From positions 1-34,756 of the forward strand of contig CAZLUE010000001.1 in NCBI GenBank assembly GCA_964562625.1: a stretch of DNA of 34,756 nucleotides, read 5' to 3'. The notes under the pieces are model-generated. The model was not told the origin of the DNA. It did no database searches and saw nothing but the letters and a program-made list of their open reading frames with translations. This document shows, in pieces, positions 1 to 8,173 of this stretch; the first letter of the stretch is position 1, and each line of letters begins with the position of its first letter. Both the position numbers and the translations under genes were made by a program. This DNA is from an uncultured Dehalococcoidales bacterium. GTDB taxonomy: Bacteria; Chloroflexota; Dehalococcoidia; Dehalococcoidales; Fen-1064.

Positions 1-1325
1 ATGAGGAGGCGGTCCGTATCCTGACGGACGAGGCGCCGGACCGGATCGCCGACTTGGTCAACCTCGGAGTACCGTTCGACACAGTCGACGGGAAGGTCGC
101 GCTGACGACCGAGGCAGCCCACAGCCGACCGCGCATCCTTCACGCCGGTGGAGACGCCACGGGGGAGCACATCGAAATCACACTGAGCGATCGAGTCCGA
201 GCCTCGGCGATCCGGGTGCTAGAGAACTGCCTGGCGACCGATATTCTGCTCTGCAACGGCCGCGTCCACGGCGTCCGGACACTGGATTGCCGAACCGGTT
301 CTGTCGAGCAATACGAGTGCGATTCACTCATCCTGGCCACCGGTGGCGCCGGTCAACTCTTCCGTTACAACACTAATTCGAGCGTAGCCACCGGTGACGG
401 CATCGCACTCGCCTTCAAGGCCGGAGCGGAGATCACCGACATGGAGTTCTTCCAGTTCCACCCGACGGCACTACGGCTGCCCGGTGTGCCGCCCTTCCTA
501 ATATCGGAGGCGGTTCGAGGAGAGGGTGGACTGCTGCGCAACCGAGATGGCCACCGCTTCATGCCAGACTACGTTACCGAAGGCGAACTCGCTCCGAGAG
601 ACGTCGTCGCCCGCAGCATTGTCTACGAGATGGCCAAGACCGAGACGGATAGCGTCTTCATCGACGTCACTCACCTGCCACAAAGCCTCACCACCACCCG
701 GTTTCCCCACATCTATCGGTTCTGCCTCGCCCATGGCCTAGACATCACACGGTCACCTGTACCAGTGGCCCCAGCGGCGCACTACATGATGGGAGGTGTC
801 AAGGTCAACACTTGGGGCGCGACCTCAATTGCCGGCCTCTTCGCCACCGGAGAGGTCGCCCGCACCGGTGTCCATGGGGCCAACCGCCTGGCATCGAACT
901 CGATGCTGGAGGTGCTCGTATTCAGCAAACGCATCATCCAAAAAACCGCCGGGTCTTCCGGCTTCGAGTCGCCGGTGGCATCAGAGCACTACGAGAAAGG
1001 CCGGCGGCTCGACCGATACATAGCGAAGGGATCCACCTCACCCCCTGGGCTCTCCGAAGTCCAGACATTGCTCTGGGATAAGGTCGGCATCATTCGTGGC
1101 GGGAACACTCTCCGTGAGGCCGCCAAAGACCTCGCTGCTTGGCAGGCGAAATTAACGCAGCCGACCGACCGCGCGTCCTACGAATTAGGCAACATATTAC
1201 TCACCGGCCAGCTGATGACAGAGGCGGCGCTGATCCGTGAAGAGAGCCGTGGCGCCCATTTCCGCGCCGATTTTCCCCGACGCTCGGCCAAGTGGGAGCG
1301 AGAAGTCATCTTCACCTCCAACTGA
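1..1325 (+). CDS. nadB: L-aspartate oxidase, C-terminal ~440 codons (5' end lies left of the window)
   Basis: Frame 3 is open from nt 3 (EEAVRILTDEAPDRIADLVNLGVPFD...), upstream of the track's first Met at 54. Flavoprotein motifs ILHAGGDATG, ATGGAGQLF, HYMMGG, GVHGANRLASNS and ESRGAHFR are present. nadC follows directly. Confidence 0.9.
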   Translation, partial: EEAVRILTDEAPDRIADLVNLGVPFDTVDGKVALTTEAAHSRPRILHAGGDATGEHIEITLSDRVRASAIRVLENCLATDILLCNGRVHGVRTLDCRTGSVEQYECDSLILATGGAGQLFRYNTNSSVATGDGIALAFKAGAEITDMEFFQFHPTALRLPGVPPFLISEAVRGEGGLLRNRDGHRFMPDYVTEGELAPRDVVARSIVYEMAKTETDSVFIDVTHLPQSLTTTRFPHIYRFCLAHGLDITRSPVPVAPAAHYMMGGVKVNTWGATSIAGLFATGEVARTGVHGANRLASNSMLEVLVFSKRIIQKTAGSSGFESPVASEHYEKGRRLDRYIAKGSTSPPGLSEVQTLLWDKVGIIRGGNTLREAAKDLAAWQAKLTQPTDRASYELGNILLTGQLMTEAALIREESRGAHFRADFPRRSAKWEREVIFTSN

Positions 1326-1452
1326 GTCCCGCGGCAACCAATCATCGGAGCTGCCTCACTTCGCCCGAGTGACCCAATTGGGCTGATGAGCTATACTGTC
1401 AGTGCCACTACGGCACCATCACCAGCCGGATAGACGACAGGAAGAGCATAAG

Positions 1453-2334
1453 ATGGACCGGGACTATCCGTCCCCGGAAGAGCAGGTGAACACCATCGTC
1501 ACGCTCGCCCTAACCGAGGATCTCGGGCAAGGCGATGTCACCAGCCAGGCGTTGATACCAACGACGCTGCTGGGTCGGGCCACGATACTGGCCAAGGGAG
1601 ACGGCGTACTTGCCGGCATCGACGTCGCCCGCCGCGTGTTCTTCCAGGTCGATCCCTCATTGGAAGTGACGCCTTTCAGCACGAACGGCGCCCGGCTCAA
1701 GCCCGGTGATGCCATCGCTGAGGTCACCGGCAGAATCACCAGCATCCTCGCCGCTGAGCGCGTCATGCTCAATTTCCTGCAACGTCTGAGCGGAATTGCC
1801 ACTGAGACAGCCAACTACGTTGCCGCCGTCGGGGAACTGAAAACCGTAATCCTGGATACGCGCAAGACAACACCCGGCCTTCGCCTGTTGGAGAAGCGGG
1901 CGGTTTACCACGGCGGCGGCGGGAACCACCGGATGAACCTCAGCGATGGCATTCTCATTAAGGACAATCACATCGCAGCAATGCGCTCCCTGGGGACAAA
2001 CATCGCTGGCATCATCGCCGATGCGCGGCGGAAGGCACCACACGACCTCGAGATCGAGATCGAAGTCACCACTACCGAAGAAGCCGTCGAGGCGGCTTCA
2101 GCCGGCGCCCAAATAATACTGCTGGACAACATGAGCCCTGATGAAATGCGAGCGGCAGTCGATCAGTTACCAAGTTGCGTCAGGACCGAGGCCTCCGGCG
2201 GAATCACGATCGGGAACGTCAGGACAGTCGCCGAGAGCGGGGTAGACTACATCTCGGTAGGCGCCCTGACGCACTCGCCGGCGGCACTCGACATCAGTCT
2301 TGAAATAAACCTTGAAAGCCTGGAACTACCATAA
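1453..2334 (+). CDS. nadC: nicotinate-nucleotide diphosphorylase (quinolinate phosphoribosyltransferase)
   Basis: Track ORF 1402-2334. I prefer the ATG at 1453 (MDRDYPSPEE...) because the earlier 17 codons are Arg/His-rich junk. It carries the TRKTTPGLR motif and the QPRTase C-terminal barrel (IEIEVTT..., LLDNM). It sits next to nadB. Confidence 0.9.
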   Translation: MDRDYPSPEEQVNTIVTLALTEDLGQGDVTSQALIPTTLLGRATILAKGDGVLAGIDVARRVFFQVDPSLEVTPFSTNGARLKPGDAIAEVTGRITSILAAERVMLNFLQRLSGIATETANYVAAVGELKTVILDTRKTTPGLRLLEKRAVYHGGGGNHRMNLSDGILIKDNHIAAMRSLGTNIAGIIADARRKAPHDLEIEIEVTTTEEAVEAASAGAQIILLDNMSPDEMRAAVDQLPSCVRTEASGGITIGNVRTVAESGVDYISVGALTHSPAALDISLEINLESLELP

Positions 2335-2356
2335 CTCGCCGTCACCCGACGAGGAG

Positions 2357-3193
2357 TCAGTCCTCCTGTCCTGGGAGAACGGCCTCGACCGCCGGTTCGG
2401 CAACTAACCCCAACGGCGCCTGCCAGGACACCCGGCGCCAGACCAGCCAAGACGCAGCCGCTGCCATGACGATGATGCAGATCCACTGCGGCTGGTTCAG
2501 CGTGAGAAAGACAGTATTGCTGTCCAGCCGAAGGAACGACAAGAAGAAGCGGCCAACTGAGTACAGGATCAGGTAGACCATGAAGAATGCGCCGTCGGGG
2601 CGAAACCGTCCTATCAGCCGCCACAGGATGCCGAGTATCACCAAATCCATCAGCAGCTCGTAAGCCACCGCCGGATGCGTCGGCACCCGGCCAAAAGCGG
2701 GACTCCCGGGATGGGTGTAAACGACGGCCCATGGAAGGGATGTCTCCGTGCTGAAGTGCTCTCCGTTGATAATGTCACCGATCCGCCCGATAGCCTGGGC
2801 CAGAATCAACCCGGGGGTCATAATGTCTATGTAAGGACCGACCGGGAATTTCTTCACCCAGCCGTAGATTACGATGGTTAATACTCCTCCGAGTACCGCC
2901 CCCCAAATGGCGAGGCCGCCCTCCCAAATGGCAAACGCATTGCCGGGACCACCCACGTAGAAGTCCCATCGATCGACGACGGCTACCAGCCTAGCCCCGA
3001 TAATACCACCCGGGATCCCCCAGATGGTAATCGAATAGAGGGTGTCTACGGAAAACCGTAACCGCTGCTTCATTAACCATCTCACCAGTACGACCGCAGC
3101 GATGATGCCGAAGACGATCAGCAAACTGTGCCAAGAGACGGTCAGCGGGCCAAGACGAAACAGTACTGGATCGATGTTAATCGTTATCATCAT
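2357..3193 (-). CDS. lgt: prolipoprotein diacylglyceryl transferase
   Basis: Polytopic membrane protein with an Lgt-type N-terminus (ITINIDPVLFRLGPLTVSWHSLLIVFG) and signature GRIGDIINGEH. The track start is 3202. The Met codons at 3193/3190 are better placed after the GGGAGGA Shine-Dalgarno, so the start is uncertain by 3-4 codons. Confidence 0.9.
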   Translation of the reverse strand: MMITINIDPVLFRLGPLTVSWHSLLIVFGIIAAVVLVRWLMKQRLRFSVDTLYSITIWGIPGGIIGARLVAVVDRWDFYVGGPGNAFAIWEGGLAIWGAVLGGVLTIVIYGWVKKFPVGPYIDIMTPGLILAQAIGRIGDIINGEHFSTETSLPWAVVYTHPGSPAFGRVPTHPAVAYELLMDLVILGILWRLIGRFRPDGAFFMVYLILYSVGRFFLSFLRLDSNTVFLTLNQPQWICIIVMAAAASWLVWRRVSWQAPLGLVAEPAVEAVLPGQED

Positions 3194-3363
3194 TCCTCCC
3201 ATCCCGTTTTCTGCATGCAGGCAAGATGGCTATCCGGTCGGGTTTCGATGAGAACTTCAATGAATCCGGCGACCGTCAGCATCGCCCACATCTCGTCGTC
3301 CTCGAGAACCATGCCGTGTCTTACCCCAACAGTGGCGTGCCGGCGAATGTTGTCGAACCCCAT
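3190..3363 (-). CDS. hypothetical 57-aa protein (below the track's 60-aa cutoff), stop overlaps the lgt start
   Basis: My translation is MGFDNIRRHATVGVRHGMVLEDDEMWAMLTVAGFIEVLIETRPDSHLACMQKTGWEE. Third-codon positions are mostly G/C, like the real genes here and more so than in antisense ORF 3226-3435. Its TGA (3190-3192) forms an ATGA overlap with the lgt Met codon at 3193. I do not recognise a family. Confidence 0.25.
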   Translation of the reverse strand: MGFDNIRRHATVGVRHGMVLEDDEMWAMLTVAGFIEVLIETRPDSHLACMQKTGWEE

Positions 3364-3649
3364 CCGGTTCTTCCAGCGTGGGATGGAAAGCCGCCACCAC
3401 GACCTACCACTCGGAATATCTCAGCTCACGCCTGAGGCTTATCCCGGAAGTAATGGGGTCGAATAGCAGCCTACGGCATCGACCCCCACGCCGTCAAGTG
3501 GAATCGCTGTCATTTTAGCGGAGAGACGGCCGGCCGCCTCGCGCAGATAAGGAACGATCACTCCCGTACCCTCCGTCCACGTTGAGCACCATCGAACCAG
3601 AGGCAGGCCAGCAGCGGGGCGAACGAATTCTGCGGGCGACGACGCAGTA

Positions 3650-3722
3650 GAAGTCTGGAGAAACGAGGAAGTAAATCGAGGTTACTCGTACCTGATTTGT
3701 TCTTCCCGTTATGTAAAGGACA
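3650..3722. repeat. intergenic element, copy A (core TTCTTCCCGTTATGTAAAGGAC)
   Basis: It aligns without gaps to 6140-6210. The flank AGGAAG/AGGAAA sits exactly 34 nt before the core TTCTTCCNGTNATGTAAAG in both copies. I counted about 20 of 34 flank positions and 19 of 21 core positions as identical. Both copies have the same orientation. Confidence 0.6.
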
Positions 3723-3797
3723 AGCGCGGTAGACGCAGCGATCCAGTGGTCGTACCAGCCAGGATACCCGGAATGAGCTGATCGTCAGTTGACCGAA

Positions 3798-3998
3798 CTA
3801 GTCACCAGTCCCGGCGGCGACCAGGATTATCCGGTGACCGAGCAGATCGATCTCCCGAATCGCCGCACTGACTTCGCTTGAGTTCCCGAAGAGTGTCTTG
3901 AGGCGCAACCTGTCACCGGTGACATCCACCGAGGCAACTTCTTCTGCGATGAGTTTCAATTCGCCACCACTATCGATGTACGCTTTCGACAGGCACAT
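3798..3998 (-). CDS. CooT-family small nickel-binding protein (formerly called putative RNA-binding protein)
   Basis: Internal Met of track ORF 3798-4151. The sequence is MCLSKAYIDSGGELKLIAEEVASVDVTGDRLRLKTLFGNSSEVSAAIREIDLLGHRIILV, 66 aa. The Met-Cys N-terminus, size and beta-rich pattern match CooT. The start lies 1 nt after the stop of the upstream 73-aa gene. Confidence 0.7.
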   Translation of the reverse strand: MCLSKAYIDSGGELKLIAEEVASVDVTGDRLRLKTLFGNSSEVSAAIREIDLLGHRIILVAAGTGD

Positions 3999-3999
3999 A

Positions 4000-4221
4000 C
4001 TAAGCCTCCCCGGATTGGAGTCGTTCAAGTGCGCGAGAGAGGTGACGGCCGGCCCTCTCCATCTCATCGGCGGCGACGACGAGATCGTCGCCAGCTTCCG
4101 ACTCACCAAGCGCCACCGCTCGGCCAGCCCATTCGTGGAATTCCTGCCCATGCTCCCGGTTATGGTCGACCCAGTACCCGAGCAGAATCTTCAGTTTAGC
4201 GATGGTGCTATCATTGCACAA
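4000..4221 (-). CDS. hypothetical 73-aa helical His/Glu-rich protein
   Basis: TTG start preceded by GGAGG with a 6-nt spacer. The sequence contains WVDHNREHGQEFHEW (4 His in 12 residues) and an acidic helical tail. It is tightly linked to the CooT-like gene. Confidence 0.55.
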   Translation of the reverse strand: MCNDSTIAKLKILLGYWVDHNREHGQEFHEWAGRAVALGESEAGDDLVVAADEMERAGRHLSRALERLQSGEA

Positions 4222-4334
4222 GTCTGGCCTCCATTATCGCCCGCTGCTCTCCGGTGAGGCAGCCAGCACATCGTCGTTCGGTAGCGGCCAGGTCTGCCTG
4301 GTCACGCAAGGCAGTACGAGCCCAACGCCAGCGA

Positions 4335-5180
4335 CTAGATCTGGCTGTAGCCGCCGCCGGCACGGTCAATACCGATTCCCTTACCGTTAGAAATCCAACC
4401 GAATTCCTGGAGAATCTGCTGACTGTAGGTGACGCGGCCGGTGACCTCATCCAGCGGCTCTGTTGCCAGCAGCAGGGCGGCCTTAGCCATCAATTCCGGC
4501 GACTCGCCGCGCGGATCGTCCATGCCGCTGACCAGCTTGTGATACACCGTTCCGGGAGTGGGCACCACTTGGGATGGCGAAACGCAGGCCACCGAGATGC
4601 CGTGCTCGTAGACCTCTTCGGCCAATCCCTGAGTGAAACGCTCGAGCGCCGCTTTTTCCGAACCGTAGAGGGTGCCGCCACGGACGGAAGCGTTTGGGTA
4701 TGGTCCTCGTCCCGGACCAATCGCCGCCCCCGATGATATGTTGACGATAGCGCCGCTCTTACGCGGCACCATGTCCTGCAGCACCGCCTGGCTGAGTATG
4801 AACGGACCGTGGAAGTTCACTGAGAACGACCGCAGCCACCGCCTCACCGGCATATCCTTCACCGGAATGAAGTAGGTCAACGCCGCGTTGTTGACGAGCA
4901 CGTCCGCCGATCCGAACAGAGCCTTCGTTTCGGAGACTAGCTCAAGGCAGCTTTCCTCTTTGGAAATATCCGCTTGAACCGCTGCCGCCTTGCCGCCGGC
5001 CTTCTTAATCTCGGCGACCGTCGTCGTCAGCGATCCTTCGAGGATATGGTCGCCTTCGCCGACGGTTCGAGCGGCGCAGATGACATTCGCCCCCTGGGCG
5101 GCGAACAGTCTCGCCACCGACTTGCCGATGCCACGGCTGGCGCCGGTGACTATGACCACCTTCCCATCAAGTTTCCCCAT
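4335..5180 (-). CDS. short-chain dehydrogenase/reductase (SDR) family oxidoreductase
   Basis: Start moved to MGKLDGKVVIVTGASRGIGKS (ATG 5180) behind AGGAGGG. It has the Rossmann motif TGASRGIG, NNAA, and the catalytic pair YGSEK. Confidence 0.85.
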   Translation of the reverse strand: MGKLDGKVVIVTGASRGIGKSVARLFAAQGANVICAARTVGEGDHILEGSLTTTVAEIKKAGGKAAAVQADISKEESCLELVSETKALFGSADVLVNNAALTYFIPVKDMPVRRWLRSFSVNFHGPFILSQAVLQDMVPRKSGAIVNISSGAAIGPGRGPYPNASVRGGTLYGSEKAALERFTQGLAEEVYEHGISVACVSPSQVVPTPGTVYHKLVSGMDDPRGESPELMAKAALLLATEPLDEVTGRVTYSQQILQEFGWISNGKGIGIDRAGGGYSQI

Positions 5181-5292
5181 CTTGATCCCTCCTTTCTCTT
5201 CCCCCCCTACCAGAAACTGGAACGCCCTCCCAATCAAGATAGGGGAAATCGCTGACCACAAACATCTCGCCGACTACGTCGGCGTTTATCGG

Positions 5293-5742
5293 TCACGACC
5301 GTTCCCGGCTGTCCAGCATCACCGTTACCGGACCGTCATTTCGAATCTCGACCTGCATATGCTGCTGAAACCGCCCAGTCGCAACGCCCAGTCCACCAGC
5401 GGTAACATGCTCCACGTAGCGCTGGAAAATTCGCTCGGCCACTTCGGGTGGCGCGGCATCGGTGAAGCTAGGGCGACGGCCCTTTCGCGCACTGGCCAAC
5501 AGGGTAAACTGGCTAACCACCAGCAACTCGCCGGCCACATCCTCGACGGAGAGGTTGAACTTACCCGCGTCATCACCGAAGATACGGAGGCCGAGCGTCT
5601 TCGCCGACAAGTACTCGACATCCTTTTCAGCGTCACCGCCAGCCACCCCAACAAACACCACCAGTCCCCGGCCAATACGGCCGACGACATCGCCGTCAAC
5701 GCTCACCGAAGCGGCGGTTACTCGCTGCAGCAATACTTTCAC
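5293..5742 (-). CDS. dtd: D-aminoacyl-tRNA deacylase
   Basis: 149 aa, MKVLLQRV..., with the conserved SQFTL and NDGPVT motifs. Confidence 0.92.
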   Translation of the reverse strand: MKVLLQRVTAASVSVDGDVVGRIGRGLVVFVGVAGGDAEKDVEYLSAKTLGLRIFGDDAGKFNLSVEDVAGELLVVSQFTLLASARKGRRPSFTDAAPPEVAERIFQRYVEHVTAGGLGVATGRFQQHMQVEIRNDGPVTVMLDSRERS

Positions 5743-5744
5743 GA

Positions 5745-6083
5745 TTAAGTGCCTGTGGGCTCCTCTTTAGCCACCGTCTTCTTCTTACCACCTGCCGAAC
5801 CGTCATCGCTGCTTTCGGCGCTGGTCGTCGTCTCTTTGGCACCGCCGGCATCACCGGCGCCGTTATCACCGCTCGCGGGACTAACGACGCCTTCGTCACT
5901 ACTGGCAGGACGGCTATCAGTCATGTAGAAACCACTACCTTTGAAGATTATGGGGGCGGGATGGAAGACGCGCCGGACCGGTTCGTCACAGTGGGGGCAG
6001 TCGGTCAGCGGGTCGTCATCAAAGCCCTGTCGTTCCTCAAAGCGATGGCCGCAGGAATCACACTCGTAAACGTAGGTCGGCAC
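5745..6083 (-). CDS. FmdB-family zinc-ribbon protein with a low-complexity acidic/Ser-rich tail
   Basis: PTYVYECDSCGHRFE...CPHCDEPVRRV is a CxxC...CxxC ribbon. I prefer the GTG at 6083 (family-typical MPTY.Y.C start, GAGGTGG 5 nt upstream) to the track's TTG at 6086. Its stop is 2 nt from the dtd start. Confidence 0.8.
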   Translation of the reverse strand: MPTYVYECDSCGHRFEERQGFDDDPLTDCPHCDEPVRRVFHPAPIIFKGSGFYMTDSRPASSDEGVVSPASGDNGAGDAGGAKETTTSAESSDDGSAGGKKKTVAKEEPTGT

Positions 6084-6139
6084 CAAACCACCTCATCAAA
6101 CCTCACCGGAAATCCCCGGCACAGTATCAGGAATTATAA

Positions 6140-6210
6140 CCCAAAAGGCAAGAGGAGGAAACAAATCAAGTCTACGCAGGCATAAATTATTCTTCCGGTC
6201 ATGTAAAGAC
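6140..6210. repeat. intergenic element, copy B (core TTCTTCCGGTCATGTAAAGAC)
   Basis: See copy A at 3650-3722. Copy B lies just upstream, in minus-strand sense, of a TATAAT at 6133-6138 that would serve the FmdB-dtd operon. Confidence 0.6.
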
Positions 6211-6261
6211 GGTGGCTAGGAGGGAGGGAGGAGCGAGACGACTCCCTAGATAATCACCCCG

Positions 6262-6488
6262 ATGACGAGCGCGCCCAGTGGACGCCGAAATCACCGATAC
6301 TAAGGAATCGATGCCGAGCTTGCTAACCCAGACCATGTTGATCGTCGGGCCGAGAATCATCCTGAAGTTGCTAATGAGACCATGGGCTAGGAAAGGCGGA
6401 GGAGACTGTGGAAGACGTTATCCTACGTCCAGTCACGCATTCCGCCGCGGGAGCGTCCCGACTGGCCGACCGGCATGTCCTCGGTCAT
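6262..6488 (-). pseudogene. MATE transporter N-terminal fragment (decayed paralogous copy of 7886-8090)
   Basis: The minus strand reads MTEDMPVGQSGRSRGGMRDWT*DNVFHSLLRLS*PMV, then a 2-nt insertion, then LISNFRMILGPTINMVWVSKLGIDS. The intact gene reads MTQGTPSGQSGTIRGGRRDWTQGSVLHNLLSLSWPMVVSNLMLILGPTIDMIWVGKLGINS. The fragment has two in-frame stops and a frameshift. The 5' leader GGCGGTTGCGGAGAA is also shared. Confidence 0.7.
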
Positions 6489-6587
6489 CGCTTCTCCGCA
6501 ACCGCCACTGCCGGGGACGAGCAAAGGGGGCTTCGTTCTTCCGTCGCGGGATTTCGCCTGGCTATCTTGCCATTCGTCTTCGCCATG

Positions 6588-8090
6588 CTAGACCTTCTTA
6601 CTCTTCCAACGTCCGGCGCGGAAGTAGAGCAGGTAAATGATGCCGCCGACGACCATGCCGGAAACAATTGCCCAGCGGACGCCAAGAACCCCGAGACCGG
6701 CGCTCTGGGAGAGGAAGTAGGCCAGCGGCAACTGGATCAACCAGGTGGTAACCAGAATGATGATCATCGGCGGCAGGGTATCACCAGTACCGGGCAGGGC
6801 ATTCATCAGTACCATGGTCAGACCGAGAACCACATAGCCGGCAACGGCAATCCTGAGGAAGGAGCCGGCCAACTTAACCGTGTCCGGCTCCGAACTAAAA
6901 ATACGGACGATGCCGTCGGCACCGATGAAAATCGCCACCGAGACAGCGATCAGAAACACCTCAACGAGGACGATCGCCAGCCAGATGCCTCGCTCCGCCC
7001 GATTCGGTCGCCCGGCGCCAAGGTTCTGCCCGGCAAGGACGCCGGACGTCTGTCCGAAAGCCATCCCCGGCATCGTCAGAAGCATCTCCACCCGCTGGAT
7101 GATCGTGTGCGCGGCGACCGCCGCCGTACCGAACGGCGAGACGAAGACGATCAGGAAGTAATGGCCAAGGGTTCGCTGCACGCCGGAGACCATCGCCGGC
7201 AAGCCAATACGAATGAAGCCCCAGATGATGCCGGGATCGAGCCGGAAATCGCGGAAGGTCAGCTGCATTCGGGCCTGCTCAACGCGGGCCGGATTCCACC
7301 GTGAGGGACTGTCGGCAAGTGTGACGTCCGGGGCAGTCGGCAAAGCCGCCGGTCGCCGCCGCCAATCCGACAAGTCGAAGTAAACGGTACGGCCTTTAAG
7401 AAGGAACCAGAGGGCAAGGACGAAGCCGAGGGACTGCGAGATGACGTTGGTGATGGCGGCGCCGCTGACGCCCATCTCAGGGAAAATCCACAGTCCGAAC
7501 ATAAGGAACGGGCAGAGGACAATGTGAAAGACCCGGTAAACAACGCCGGTCACCATCGGCGTCATTGAGTCGCCTGACGCCTGCATGACACTATCGGTCA
7601 TGAGGCGGAAGATGATCGTCGCCCCACCGACGAAATTAATGCGAAGGTAGGGAACTCCCTCGGCGATGACGCCCGGCTCGAGACCAAAGATTCCGAGGAT
7701 GGCCTCGGTAAAGAAGATGCCGACGGCGGCCATGATGACCGCGACCGCTCCGGCAAGGACGAAGCCCTGCTGGGCGACATGGTTGGCAGCAGCAATGTCA
7801 CCGGCGCCGATGTGGCGGGAGATCATGGCGCGGACGCCCATGATCAGGCCCATCATGGCAGTTACCTGCATCTGGACGGCGATGCCGGCAGCGCCGACGC
7901 CAGCGATGGAATTGATGCCGAGCTTGCCGACCCAGATCATGTCGATCGTCGGACCGAGTATCAACATGAGATTGCTGACGACCATCGGCCAAGAAAGACT
8001 GAGAAGGTTGTGGAGGACGCTGCCCTGCGTCCAGTCACGCCTCCCGCCGCGGATGGTTCCCGATTGGCCGGATGGTGTTCCCTGGGTCAT
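6588..8090 (-). CDS. MATE family efflux transporter
   Basis: 500 aa with about 12 hydrophobic spans arranged as two lobes. The N-terminus is NorM/MATE-like. The central loop (DLSDWRRRPAALPTAPDV...) looks longer than usual. Confidence 0.9.
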   Translation of the reverse strand: MTQGTPSGQSGTIRGGRRDWTQGSVLHNLLSLSWPMVVSNLMLILGPTIDMIWVGKLGINSIAGVGAAGIAVQMQVTAMMGLIMGVRAMISRHIGAGDIAAANHVAQQGFVLAGAVAVIMAAVGIFFTEAILGIFGLEPGVIAEGVPYLRINFVGGATIIFRLMTDSVMQASGDSMTPMVTGVVYRVFHIVLCPFLMFGLWIFPEMGVSGAAITNVISQSLGFVLALWFLLKGRTVYFDLSDWRRRPAALPTAPDVTLADSPSRWNPARVEQARMQLTFRDFRLDPGIIWGFIRIGLPAMVSGVQRTLGHYFLIVFVSPFGTAAVAAHTIIQRVEMLLTMPGMAFGQTSGVLAGQNLGAGRPNRAERGIWLAIVLVEVFLIAVSVAIFIGADGIVRIFSSEPDTVKLAGSFLRIAVAGYVVLGLTMVLMNALPGTGDTLPPMIIILVTTWLIQLPLAYFLSQSAGLGVLGVRWAIVSGMVVGGIIYLLYFRAGRWKSKKV

Positions 8091-8173
8091 CGTTTCTCCG
8101 CAACCGCCGTTATCAATGTGCTGGCTTGGTAACCTGCGCGGGCATCAGGTTGAGGAAGGCTCCGCCCGGTTAC

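Noticed and set aside
6214-6243. Purine-rich tract GGCTAGGAGGGAGGGAGGAGCGAGACGAC, which could be stacked Shine-Dalgarno-like motifs or a two-tetrad G-quadruplex.
   Set aside because: Only a 13-codon ORF follows it on the plus strand. The G-runs are short (2-3 nt). It lies at the decayed end of the MATE fragment, so it is probably drift sequence. I note it but do not call it.
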